36,543 nt of DNA from Bacillota bacterium (lineage in GTDB: Bacteria; Bacillota; UBA4882; UBA10575): positions 3,676 through 40,218 of the forward strand of contig DOID01000023.1 in assembly GCA_003511465.1 (NCBI GenBank), read 5' to 3'. This document shows positions 18,243-27,455 of this stretch, one piece after another (position 1 is the first letter of the stretch; each line of letters begins with the position of its first letter). The position numbers and the translations under genes are program-made. Below the pieces are notes generated by a model. The model was given only the letters and a program-made list of their open reading frames with translations. It did no database searches and was not told the origin of the DNA.

Positions 18243-21200
18243 GGAACAACAGCTGGCGGTGGAAGAATTTAGTACAGACCTTTTGGTGATGGCCAGCGCC
18301 GGTACTGGTAAAACCCGGGTTCTGACCCAGAAATACCTCCATCTACTAGCAAGCAGAAAGTGCGAAGTTCCCCAGATTGTCGCCGTTACTTTTACCCACA
18401 AAGCCGCCGGTGAGATGCGGGCTCGGATTAGAGAAGAAATGAAAAATGCCGCTGAAAACAGCAGTGGTGCAGACCGGGAGTATTGGTTACGCCAGCTGGA
18501 GTTGGTAGAAGTCTCGGCAAAAATTACCACCATCCATGGTTTGTGTTTATCAATTCTAAAGCAACATCCGATCGAAGCCGGAATTAACCCCCAAGTTAAG
18601 ATTCTGGGTGAAGGTGAGGAGGATCTGTTTAAAGCGAAAGCGGCCAGTAGTGCCCTTAGTTGCCTACTGGCAGCGGACCAAGACGGAACTAACCTCCCTG
18701 TGGTCCTTGCTTTAGGTGCCGAATTTTTTCTCCGGGCGCTACCTGCCTTGTATACGGTGATCAAAGAAGCCGGCGCCGAAATCCCCAGCTTAAGTCCGCA
18801 CGCTTTGCCCGCGCCGTCCGACGCAAAACTAACAGATTTAAAAACTAAACTCAAGAGCGGTCTTTTTCGACTGCAACAAATGGCCGGCGAGGTCAAGTTG
18901 ACACCCCGGGCTCAAGATTTACTCACCACTCTTTTTACCCAGTGGCCAACTTACCAAAAGGAACTGCAAAACATGGAACGGTTGACCGCCTCCGGTTTAC
19001 AGGTGATGGGGGATCTCCTGGCTTTCCTTCCGAAAAACCTCAATAAGCAATTGCGTCCGGAGATTGATCAAATCCATACTCTGGTTGAAGCCTTAAAGGC
19101 GAACCTGGTTACCCGGGAAGCCGTGGCGCAAACACCGACGCTCCTTGCTTTCCTGCATTATTTTGATGGGGAATATACCCGGCTAAAGCAGTTGGAAGGG
19201 AAGTTGGATTTTACCGACCAGCAATTTCTCGTCCGGAGACTCCTCCGCGACCACCCGGCGCTGACCGACGAATTTCGTCGACGCTTTGCCTACCTAATGG
19301 TGGATGAGTTTCAGGATACCAATAGTCTACAGTGGGAAATAATCCAACTATTGAGTGGGGAGAAAGCGCCGGAAGGAAAGTTATTTCTTGTCGGTGATCT
19401 GAAACAGTCCATCTACCGCTTCCGTGGTGCGGAAGTTGAAATCATGACCGGTTTAGCCGATTCCAAGTTTAACCGGCGGGGACAAGTTATGGCTTTAACG
19501 AAAAACTACCGGACCCTGCCGAACGTGGCGGAAGTGGTTAATAGCTTCTGCCGTTCGATCTTCGCCAGCGAGGCCTTTCCTTATCAGCCCATCGTCCCCA
19601 TGGCCAAGGATGACCCGCAGAAGGCGACTGGGGTTGAAATCCTGCTGGCACCAGAAAACGAACCGGCAATGCTGGCCGCTAGAATCAGAAGGTTAGTCGA
19701 GAGCGGAGCGGTTCAGGTCCGTGCCGGTGAAACCAGAAGGCCGGTGCAGTATGGGGATGTGGCGGTGCTTTTTCGGACCAAAACCCACCTTAAAGCCTTT
19801 GAAAGCGCTTTCCGTGCTCAAGGCCTCCCTTACCAAGTCACCGCAGGCGTCGGTTTTTACGCCCGTCAGGAGATCCAAGACCACTTGAACCTGTTACGGT
19901 TAGTTGAATGTCCCGAGGATGCCTTGGCCTTAGGCGGAGTGTTACGCTCCCCCTTTTGCCAGCTTTCCGATACCGCGCTTTTTTGGTTGGCTCACCCCCA
20001 CGGACTCACGACAGGGTTTTTAAAGGGGAAAAAGGCGACTGACTATCCGAAACAAATAACCGAACCGGAGCGCCGACGCCTAGCCCGACTCCGCCAACTT
20101 ATTTACTTTCTTAGTCAAAACGCCCATTTGCTGTCCATCCCGGAACTGCTCCGGAGCGCCTGGAACGCTACGGGCTATTTAGAGACAGTCGCGGCCTTGC
20201 CAGAAGGTGACCGCTTGCTGGCTAATTTGGAAAAACTAATCGTCCGGGCGGAGGATTTTGCCACCATGGGTTACTCCGGGGTAGGGGACTTTGTGACCTT
20301 TCTCAGTCATCTTTCCGCCATTGAAGTACGGGAAGGGGAAGCTTCAGCTTTGCACGGGGAAGGGAACTTTATGCAAATCATGACGATCCATGCGGCTAAG
20401 GGTTTGGAGTTTCCAGTGGTGGTCATCCCGGAGCTGGATGCGAAATTTAATTTATCCACCCGTTCCACGGTTTTTTACCATGAAAAATGGGGCGTGATCC
20501 ATAAAGTAAAGGATCCCGACGGGAGTTGGCTTCACACGGAAATGACGACCGAATTTACGGAGGAGGAAAAACGGGCCGAACGCTCCGAACTAAAACGCTT
20601 GTTTTATGTGGGGATGACCCGCGCTCGTGACTACTTATTACTCTCGGCCACGGAAAAGGAAGTCAAAGCAAAAACCATCGACGAGGGACAGTCTTGGTGG
20701 GACTGGCTGACCTTAGTCTTACCGGATCTGACCACGGCGGAAGCAGGAGAACTTACCATTGATGACCAGCGGCTGAAGCTCACCCGCGCGGTACCGCAAG
20801 CTGTCATACCCAGCGTGGAGCCGAAGGCGGTGCCGTTGGAGGCTGACGAAAGCGCCGCGGCCCTTGATTTAACGCTCGCCACCGGAAAAATGACCACCAA
20901 GCGTTTATCCTTAACCCCGCTCTTAACGTTTCAAGAATGTCCCCGCCGTTTTTTCTGGCAACACCGGTTAGGGAGCGATCCGGCCACGGTACCACAAGTG
21001 GAAGCGGGAACTACGGAGGAAGCGGTTTCCCCCAACTTCGGTCTCATCCTGGGGGAGGTCTTTCACCGTCTGATTTCCGGACCTACCGGAGGAAGGGAAG
21101 CAGTAGAACCAGCCAACGCCGGCTGGTTTCACGGGTTAACCCCGCCCGAACAACAAGTCGCTTTGGCGCAGTTAAGGATCATGCAGGAAAACTATTTGTC

Positions 21201-21654
21201 CAGTCCGTTCGTGCCGGAAGCCGGGGTCCGGATGGAAAATGAACTCCCCTTTGTCTTGTCGTTAAGAGGGGTAATCATCAAGGGGATCATTGACCGGGTG
21301 CTCTTCTATCCCGATGGCCGGATGGTCGTGGTCGATTTTAAAACCAACCGCCGTTTGCCGCCGCCGGGGAAAATCCGTGACCGCTATTATTTCCAGGTTA
21401 ACCTCTATGCCCTGGCTCTACGGGAGATTTACCAGCGTCTACCCACCGAAGCCTGGATCTATTTCGTCCGGCCCAATCTACAACTGCCCTGTGCTTTAAC
21501 CGTCCAAAACCTCGACGCGACTGAGGAGCAGATCGTTAAAACGGTCGAGTATATCACGACTCATGATCTGCCGGCAGATTATCCGCCCGGTGAGGATTGC
21601 GAATTTTGTCCTTTTACCGTCTGGTGTCAAGAAGTAGTTTCCTCTTCGCAGTAG
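18223..21654 (+). CDS. AddA/UvrD-family helicase-nuclease
   Basis: ASAGTGKT Walker A, VTFTHKAA, VDEFQDT, VGDLKQSIYRFRGA, TIHAAKGLEF, YVGMTRARD; C-terminal GIIDRV..VVDFKT..QVNLY nuclease; start could be 18229. Confidence 0.92.
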   Translation: MKMKLNEEQQLAVEEFSTDLLVMASAGTGKTRVLTQKYLHLLASRKCEVPQIVAVTFTHKAAGEMRARIREEMKNAAENSSGADREYWLRQLELVEVSAKITTIHGLCLSILKQHPIEAGINPQVKILGEGEEDLFKAKAASSALSCLLAADQDGTNLPVVLALGAEFFLRALPALYTVIKEAGAEIPSLSPHALPAPSDAKLTDLKTKLKSGLFRLQQMAGEVKLTPRAQDLLTTLFTQWPTYQKELQNMERLTASGLQVMGDLLAFLPKNLNKQLRPEIDQIHTLVEALKANLVTREAVAQTPTLLAFLHYFDGEYTRLKQLEGKLDFTDQQFLVRRLLRDHPALTDEFRRRFAYLMVDEFQDTNSLQWEIIQLLSGEKAPEGKLFLVGDLKQSIYRFRGAEVEIMTGLADSKFNRRGQVMALTKNYRTLPNVAEVVNSFCRSIFASEAFPYQPIVPMAKDDPQKATGVEILLAPENEPAMLAARIRRLVESGAVQVRAGETRRPVQYGDVAVLFRTKTHLKAFESAFRAQGLPYQVTAGVGFYARQEIQDHLNLLRLVECPEDALALGGVLRSPFCQLSDTALFWLAHPHGLTTGFLKGKKATDYPKQITEPERRRLARLRQLIYFLSQNAHLLSIPELLRSAWNATGYLETVAALPEGDRLLANLEKLIVRAEDFATMGYSGVGDFVTFLSHLSAIEVREGEASALHGEGNFMQIMTIHAAKGLEFPVVVIPELDAKFNLSTRSTVFYHEKWGVIHKVKDPDGSWLHTEMTTEFTEEEKRAERSELKRLFYVGMTRARDYLLLSATEKEVKAKTIDEGQSWWDWLTLVLPDLTTAEAGELTIDDQRLKLTRAVPQAVIPSVEPKAVPLEADESAAALDLTLATGKMTTKRLSLTPLLTFQECPRRFFWQHRLGSDPATVPQVEAGTTEEAVSPNFGLILGEVFHRLISGPTGGREAVEPANAGWFHGLTPPEQQVALAQLRIMQENYLSSPFVPEAGVRMENELPFVLSLRGVIIKGIIDRVLFYPDGRMVVVDFKTNRRLPPPGKIRDRYYFQVNLYALALREIYQRLPTEAWIYFVRPNLQLPCALTVQNLDATEEQIVKTVEYITTHDLPADYPPGEDCEFCPFTVWCQEVVSSSQ

Positions 21655-22412
21655 GCAAAGGCGCTGTGATTATGGATTGATTCAAAACTCTCCACTTCCA
21701 GGCGGAAACGGGATATTTTTGGTTCTTCCCGTAATGCCAGAACCGAATCGCGGAGAATATCTTCCACAAACTTGGGGTGGTCGTAGGCTTCTTCGGTTAC
21801 GTACTTTTCATCTTCCCGTTTTAGCACCGGATAGACACAAGAACTGCCCTGGGCTTGTAAGAGATGGATCAGATCTTCAATCCAAATGTATTTACCGGGC
21901 TGGCACTCGACCTCAGCTTTGATCATTGCCCGCTGATTATGGGCGCCGTAACGGGAGATGGCTTTACTGCAAGGACAAAGGGAGACAACGGGAACCTGGA
22001 CAGTGAGGAGAAAGCGATAGCCGGTTTCATCTAACCGTCCCCAAAACTGACAAGAAAAATCCAAAGGGGAGGCGAGACCGCTTACCGGCGCCTGCACCGG
22101 CACAAAATAGCGAAAAGCCAACGTTAAATCGGCAGCGGATGCTTTTAGTTTGGCGCGTAGTTCGGTTAAGATCAGTTTTAATTCCCGACCGGAGATTGGT
22201 TTATCGCCCCAGGCGATCATGATCTCCATAAAACGGCTGAGGTGTGTGCCTTTGTACTGTTGGGGTAGATTGACCGCCGCCGTTATCTTCCCTAAAATTT
22301 GCTGGTAACCCCCGTCTTTCGTGGCAACTAAAAAGGGAAGGTGGACCTCCTTGACCCCAACCCGTTGGATTTCAATACCCCGCTCATCAAAGCGATTCTG
22401 AACGTCTTCCAT
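21627..22412 (-). CDS. folE2: GTP cyclohydrolase I type IB FolE2
   Basis: MEDVQN start (alternative 22433), KGTHLSRF, SLCPCSK, AHNQR, LKREDEKYVTE, FVED, ESIHNH. Confidence 0.95.
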   Translation of the reverse strand: MEDVQNRFDERGIEIQRVGVKEVHLPFLVATKDGGYQQILGKITAAVNLPQQYKGTHLSRFMEIMIAWGDKPISGRELKLILTELRAKLKASAADLTLAFRYFVPVQAPVSGLASPLDFSCQFWGRLDETGYRFLLTVQVPVVSLCPCSKAISRYGAHNQRAMIKAEVECQPGKYIWIEDLIHLLQAQGSSCVYPVLKREDEKYVTEEAYDHPKFVEDILRDSVLALREEPKISRFRLEVESFESIHNHSAFAYCEEETTS

Positions 22413-22448
22413 GGTAAACCTGCTTTCCATCATTCTTTTTTTATTTAT

Positions 22449-22705
22449 AGTAGTCGCTCACGCTGGCTACCGCCCGCGCAACGAAGTGAAGAAAATTGAA
22501 GCCAGCTGAGTAATCTCACATTTCGCAAACCGAAGCCACCAAGGAAAACGTGAAAGCTTGCGAAAGCGTTTTGCTTGGTATAGATTGAATGTGAAATGTT
22601 GAGAGTCGACAAGCCCCCGAAGGCGCACAGCAGCTGGTCGTTCGGAGCGGCGTCACTTGAGCTGCATTACAGAAATTAAAGCCGCGAGAATCGACAGACT
22701 AGTAT
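22449..22705. repeat. Structured interspersed repeat, copy 2 (257 bp, with extra 95-bp hairpin arm)
   Basis: Same termini and core as 13621-13781, same orientation; extra segment 22512-22606 bounded by GAGT microhomology. Confidence 0.92.
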
Positions 22706-22769
22706 TTTCTAATGTAGTAGTATTCGCATCTTAGTGAAAGCTTCCTTTTTTTTAACCCACTGTTTCCAC

Positions 22770-22799
22770 GCATAATGCTTCTTCCTTTTGCAAAAACTC
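22770..22799 (+). promoter_or_regulatory. Possible sigma-F/sigma-G promoter of dacF
   Basis: GCATA-N15-GCAAAAACTC resembles forespore sigma consensus; dacF is forespore-expressed in B. subtilis. Confidence 0.45.
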
Positions 22800-22826
22800 A
22801 TACCGACGGGAAACTAAGGAGGAAGT

Positions 22827-23990
22827 ATGATGCGAAAAATATGGAAGACACTAGTTATATCCTTGTTCCTTTCTTTACTGATTGTCCAAAGCGCCTTGGC
22901 GGCTCTTCCCTTTAAGATCCAGTCGGATTCGGTTTTACTCATGGAAGCGGCGAGTGGGGAAGTTTTGGTTGATAAAGACAGTGCCAAGTCATTACCCCCG
23001 GCCAGTGTGACGAAGATGATGGTCATGCTTTTGGTGATGGAAGCCGTGGATACTGGTCAGATTAAACTAACCGACAAAGTCGTCGCCAGTCCCGAAGCCT
23101 GCCGCATGGGGGGATCCCAAATCTGGCTGGAGCCGGGCGAGGAGATGACCGTCGAAGATTTAATGAAAGCGGTTGGAATTGTCTCCGCCAATGACGCCAG
23201 TGTCGCCTTGGCCGAATACATCGCCGGTTCCCATGAAGAATTTGTCAAGTTAATGAATAAACGGGGGCAAGAACTTAGCCTGGCAAGCACCAACTATGTT
23301 AATGCCACCGGCTTGGCGCCGGACGGTAATGGCCCGGGGAATATCACCTCAGCCCAGGACCAGGCGCTCTTGGCACGGGAACTCCTTAAACACCCAACCG
23401 TTTTAAAATGGACAGGAACGTGGATTGACAGTCTGCGGGGCGGCGAGTCTTTTCTTCGCAACACCAATAACTTAGTCCGCTTCTATGACGGCTGCGACGG
23501 CTTAAAAACCGGTTATACCAATGAAGCCGGTTATTGCCTTGTCGCCACCGCTCGACGGAATGGTGTCCGTTTGATTGCGGTGGTCATGAAAGCTCCGACT
23601 TCACCCGTGCGGAACAATGAGATCACCAAATTATTTAACTACGGTTTCAGCCAGTTCAAAGCCATCAAAGTGCTCAGTGCCGGACAAGTCTTGGGGAAAA
23701 CCAAAGTAATGAAAGGCCAAGTCACTGAGGTTGATCTGATCATTCCCGAAGATCTGCTCGTTGTCCTCAAAAAGGATCTGCAAGCTACCCCCGAAGTCCT
23801 AGTCAAGATCCCCCCGAAGGTAAGAGCGCCGCTCGCCCAAGGGGCCCCGGTGGGGGAAGTAGTGGTAATGATTGATGGGGAAACCAAAGTCACGGCCCCC
23901 GTAGTCACCGCCAGCGCTGTAGAAGAAAGCGGCTTCTTCCGCTTCCTGTGGCAAATCACCAAAAACGTGTTTGAAGGATGTTTCCACTAG
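22827..23990 (+). CDS. dacF: D-alanyl-D-alanine carboxypeptidase DacF
   Basis: Signal peptide; SxxK (ASVTK), SxN (SAND), KTG; directly upstream of spoIIA operon. Confidence 0.92.
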   Translation: MMRKIWKTLVISLFLSLLIVQSALAALPFKIQSDSVLLMEAASGEVLVDKDSAKSLPPASVTKMMVMLLVMEAVDTGQIKLTDKVVASPEACRMGGSQIWLEPGEEMTVEDLMKAVGIVSANDASVALAEYIAGSHEEFVKLMNKRGQELSLASTNYVNATGLAPDGNGPGNITSAQDQALLARELLKHPTVLKWTGTWIDSLRGGESFLRNTNNLVRFYDGCDGLKTGYTNEAGYCLVATARRNGVRLIAVVMKAPTSPVRNNEITKLFNYGFSQFKAIKVLSAGQVLGKTKVMKGQVTEVDLIIPEDLLVVLKKDLQATPEVLVKIPPKVRAPLAQGAPVGEVVVMIDGETKVTAPVVTASAVEESGFFRFLWQITKNVFEGCFH

Positions 23991-24010
23991 ACGCCGCGCC
24001 CCAAATTTAC

Positions 24011-24035
24011 AAAACCGCCCAACGGCGGTTTTTTT
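24011..24035 (+). terminator. Intrinsic terminator after dacF
   Basis: AAAACCGCC-caac-GGCGGTTTT plus T-run. Confidence 0.8.
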
Positions 24036-24058
24036 CTTGTCTTTTGCCCTTCTCTCAG

Positions 24059-24085
24059 GCAGGAAAATATAGTTAAATGCCGAAA
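24059..24085 (+). promoter_or_regulatory. Possible sigma-H promoter of spoIIA operon
   Basis: GCAGGAAAA-N11-GCCGAAA is close to sigma-H consensus (AGGA...GAAT, one mismatch); spoIIA is sigma-H dependent. Confidence 0.4.
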
Positions 24086-24121
24086 GATCGGCAGGAGAGC
24101 CAAAATAGGGGGGATTCCGGT

Positions 24122-24460
24122 TTGAATTTGGAATTAAAACAGAACGGTCGCGTTTTAACCGTCGTCGTCTCGGGCGAACTCGATCTTTCGACCTCTCCGG
24201 ATTTTCGTCGCCGGATTGGGGATGAATTAGAACAGAATCAAGGAATTCAACATTTGATTTTTGATTTTAAAGAAACAAGTTTCGTTGATAGTTCTGGGTT
24301 AGGGGCAATTCTGGGCCGGTATCGAACAATTGCCAAGCGTGATGGCAAGGTGAGCGCAGTGAATGTCCCCCCTCATCTGGTGCGCCTGTTTGAATTATCC
24401 GGGTTACTAAAAGTCATGACCATTGACCCTTCCCTTGAGGAAGCTGAGAAATATGATTAA
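24122..24460 (+). CDS. spoIIAA: Anti-sigma F factor antagonist
   Basis: TTG start after GGGGGA; GELD, FVDSSGLGAILGRY STAS motif. Confidence 0.93.
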   Translation: MNLELKQNGRVLTVVVSGELDLSTSPDFRRRIGDELEQNQGIQHLIFDFKETSFVDSSGLGAILGRYRTIAKRDGKVSAVNVPPHLVRLFELSGLLKVMTIDPSLEEAEKYD

Positions 24461-24476
24461 GGAGGCTGGCCAGGGA

Positions 24477-24920
24477 ATGAAGGAAAACTACTTGCTGATA
24501 ACTTTTCCTAGTATACCCGAGAATGTCGGTCTGGCACGGGTGATTGTTGCTTCTTTCGCCGCTCAGCTTGATTTTACCCTAAATGAACTTGAGGAAATTA
24601 GAGTTGCAACTTCGGAAGCGGTCTCAAACTGTGTGATCCATGCCTATCGGGAGCAAAGTGGAGAGATTCAATTAGAACTAAAGATCCAAGACGAGACTTT
24701 ATCAATTAAAGTAATTGATGGTGGTTGCGGCATTTCCGATCTGGACTTGGCAAAGACAGCTGCTTATTCCACTGATCCGGAAAGAATGGGCTTGGGGCTT
24801 GTTTTTATGGAATCCTTCATGGACCAAATGACCATTGAATCCCAACTTAACCAGGGAACACAGGTGCTGATGGTTAAGAAACCCGAACGGAGTAAAGATA
24901 GTAATGACGACGGTCAATGA
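24477..24920 (+). CDS. spoIIAB: Anti-sigma F factor
   Basis: ENVGLARV, SEAVSNCVIHAY, DGGCGI, ERMGLGLVFMESFMD. Confidence 0.95.
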   Translation: MKENYLLITFPSIPENVGLARVIVASFAAQLDFTLNELEEIRVATSEAVSNCVIHAYREQSGEIQLELKIQDETLSIKVIDGGCGISDLDLAKTAAYSTDPERMGLGLVFMESFMDQMTIESQLNQGTQVLMVKKPERSKDSNDDGQ

Positions 24921-25668
24921 GACGCCGGGGGAAGCCAATCTTCTTTCCCACCAAGAAACGCTCCTTTTAATCAAGCAGGTTGCGGCCGGCAATCAAGAAG
25001 CCAAAGCAGTATTAATTGAACGGAATCTCCGACTGGTTAAAAGTATCGTCGGACGCTTTTCTGGACGGGGTGTTGAATATGATGATCTTGTTCAAATCGG
25101 CGCTCTTGGATTAATGAAGGCGATTGAACGGTTCAATCCTGATCGGGAGGTGCAATTTTCCACCTATGCCGTCCCGATGATTATTGGTGAGATCAAACAA
25201 TACCTTCGTACCGACGGAGGGATCAAGGTAAGCCGCGGGGTAAAAGAAGTAGCACAAAAAGTAATGCAAGCCCGGAATACCTACCTGGCGGAGCAGGGGA
25301 AAGAACCCACCTTAGCCGAACTGGCGGAGGTCACTGCATGCAGTCGGGAAGAAATTGCCACCGCCCTAGAGGTGAGTAAACCAATCTCCTCCTTACAAGA
25401 GATTGTTTATGAAGACGAAGGGTCAGCTTTAACCCTTGAAGAAAAAGTCGGTACCGAGATGGAAGAACAATTGGTGGAAGAATTCTCTCTCCGGCAAGCC
25501 CTCCAGCAACTGGAGCCAAGGTTAAGAGGGATTATCGAAGAACGGTTCTTTGGCGAAAGAACCCAACTTGAACTTGCCACCAAACTCGGCGTTTCACAAG
25601 TCCAAATCAGCCGCTTAGAAAAGGCAGCTTTGTGTCGTCTCCGTGAACTACTGCATGAACCAACTTAA
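24904..25668 (+). CDS. sigF: Sporulation sigma factor F
   Basis: NLRLVKSIV, DDLVQIGALGLMKAI, FSTYAVPMIIGEI, GVSQVQISRLEK; follows spoIIAA-AB. Confidence 0.94.
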   Translation: MTTVNETPGEANLLSHQETLLLIKQVAAGNQEAKAVLIERNLRLVKSIVGRFSGRGVEYDDLVQIGALGLMKAIERFNPDREVQFSTYAVPMIIGEIKQYLRTDGGIKVSRGVKEVAQKVMQARNTYLAEQGKEPTLAELAEVTACSREEIATALEVSKPISSLQEIVYEDEGSALTLEEKVGTEMEEQLVEEFSLRQALQQLEPRLRGIIEERFFGERTQLELATKLGVSQVQISRLEKAALCRLRELLHEPT

Positions 25669-25722
25669 AAGTCAATTTCGGAGCCGAGGTGGCTGTTTTT
25701 TTCTTTAGAAAGGAGACCACAG

Positions 25723-26913
25723 ATGTTTTCATTACGACTACTGACCGCTCCCAACAGACCGGGGGAGATCCACGAAGAGTTTCAACGGATCGGCGTCTCC
25801 CCCGAAGGGATCGAATTAATGGGCGGTAAAGGGGATTTCCTCTGTGTGAAAGTAGGCAATATCTCCGCCCCCGCGGCAAACATTTTAAAACAAGAAATGC
25901 TGGCTAAGGGGGGAGAGGTGGCGGTGGGGAAAGGCATGGCTTACCTTACCCAAGAAACCGGAGACGCCATCATTATGGGAACCAAAACTCAGTATCAGCG
26001 TTTATTAGCTTTACTTTACCGGCAACCCTTTGGCCTTTCCGCCCTGGCAAAAGAGTTAGACTCCTTGCTCGCTACCCTTGAGCAAAACCCGCCACCCTTG
26101 ACCGTCAAAAACAGCTGTTTTGAATGGGGAAAAAAAACCTATCTCATGGGGATCATTAATCTTACCCCAGACTCCTTTTCCGGAGACGGTCTCCTCAGCA
26201 CAAAGGATCTACAGGCGAGTGTTTTGCGTCAAGCAGAACAATTTCGGGTAGCAGGCGCCGATCTACTAGACCTCGGCGCCGAATCAACCAGGCCGGGCTA
26301 TACCGGGATTACAGAAGAAGAGGAGAAGAAACGCCTGATCCCGGTGGTGGAATATTTAGCAGAGCATTCAGCCTTACCCCTTTCGGTTGATACCTCGAAA
26401 CCGGCGGTGGCGAAAGCAGCCTTGACCGCCGGTGCTGACCTTATTAATGACATCTGGGGCTTACAAAAGGATCCGGAGATGGTAGAGGTAGTTGCCGCCG
26501 CGCAAGCGCCAGTAATTGTCATGCATAACCGGGCCGCTCCGGCCGATACTGATTTGATGGCTGACGTTGCTTCTTTCTTACGGAACAGTATTACCTTGGC
26601 GGTTGACCATGGTTTACCCCGTGAAAAAGTAATCATCGATCCAGGCGTTGGTTTTGGTAAGACGCTGGAGGACAATTTAACTGTCATCGATCGATTGGGA
26701 GAATTAAAAGCTTTAGGCGCGCCGATTCTGTTGGGTACCTCCCGAAAATCCGTCATCGGCCAGGTGCTAAACTTACCCGTTGACCAGAGAGTAGAGGGAA
26801 CGGCGGCGACGGTTGCCGTTGGGATCACCCGCGGCGCTGATCTGATCCGTGTTCATGATGTGGAAGCCATGGCCCGCGTTGCTCGGATGACCGATGCGCT
26901 CATCCGTAAATAA
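25723..26913 (+). CDS. folP: Dihydropteroate synthase with N-terminal extension
   Basis: MGIINLTPDSFSGDG, GAESTRPG, SVDT, IIDPGVGFGK, SRKS, IRVHDV. Confidence 0.95.
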   Translation: MFSLRLLTAPNRPGEIHEEFQRIGVSPEGIELMGGKGDFLCVKVGNISAPAANILKQEMLAKGGEVAVGKGMAYLTQETGDAIIMGTKTQYQRLLALLYRQPFGLSALAKELDSLLATLEQNPPPLTVKNSCFEWGKKTYLMGIINLTPDSFSGDGLLSTKDLQASVLRQAEQFRVAGADLLDLGAESTRPGYTGITEEEEKKRLIPVVEYLAEHSALPLSVDTSKPAVAKAALTAGADLINDIWGLQKDPEMVEVVAAAQAPVIVMHNRAAPADTDLMADVASFLRNSITLAVDHGLPREKVIIDPGVGFGKTLEDNLTVIDRLGELKALGAPILLGTSRKSVIGQVLNLPVDQRVEGTAATVAVGITRGADLIRVHDVEAMARVARMTDALIRK

Positions 26914-26936
26914 AGCAGAGAAAGGACCGGATAATC

Positions 26937-27419
26937 TTGCCTCTTGTCGCTGTTGCCTTAGGCACAAACCTCGGTGACCGGGAAGGCCATTTGCAGGCCG
27001 CTGTCAAGGAACTGAAGAGCATTCTAAAGCATCCGGTTTTTTCCCGGATCTATTCCAGTGAACCTGTGGGTTACCTAGAGCAACCGTGGTTTTTAAACCA
27101 GGTCTGTGTGGGGGAATCTTCAGAACTGCCCTTAGCCTTACTGGCTAAATTTAAAACCTTGGAAAAAGCCAGGGGAAGGGTGGACGGACCCCGGTTTGGG
27201 CCCCGCCCCCTTGATTTAGATCTTTTATTTTACGATCAATGGGTGATGGACTCGGCCATCCTCACGCTTCCTCACCCCCGGATGCTGGAGCGCTCCTTCG
27301 TGATGAGACCTTTGTTGGAGCTCTTACCCGCATGGGCGGATCCACGGAGCGGCGCTCATTTACATACAGTTTGGGCGGAAAACAAAGACCGGCTCACTCC
27401 TTGTATTCCCCAGACTTGA
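26937..27419 (+). CDS. folK: HPPK (6-hydroxymethyl-dihydropterin pyrophosphokinase)
   Basis: ALGTNLGDR, FLNQV, GPRPLDLDLL, LPHPRMLERSFV. Confidence 0.95.
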   Translation: MPLVAVALGTNLGDREGHLQAAVKELKSILKHPVFSRIYSSEPVGYLEQPWFLNQVCVGESSELPLALLAKFKTLEKARGRVDGPRFGPRPLDLDLLFYDQWVMDSAILTLPHPRMLERSFVMRPLLELLPAWADPRSGAHLHTVWAENKDRLTPCIPQT

Positions 27420-27455
27420 TTCAAAAATCAATCGAAAGGAGCTATTTTTAAAAGC

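Noticed and set aside
18129-18896. Long antisense ORFs (255 aa here, 176 aa at 26298-26828, 132 aa at 12444-12842 and others)
   Set aside because: Shadow frames of well-supported genes, with no motifs or RBS
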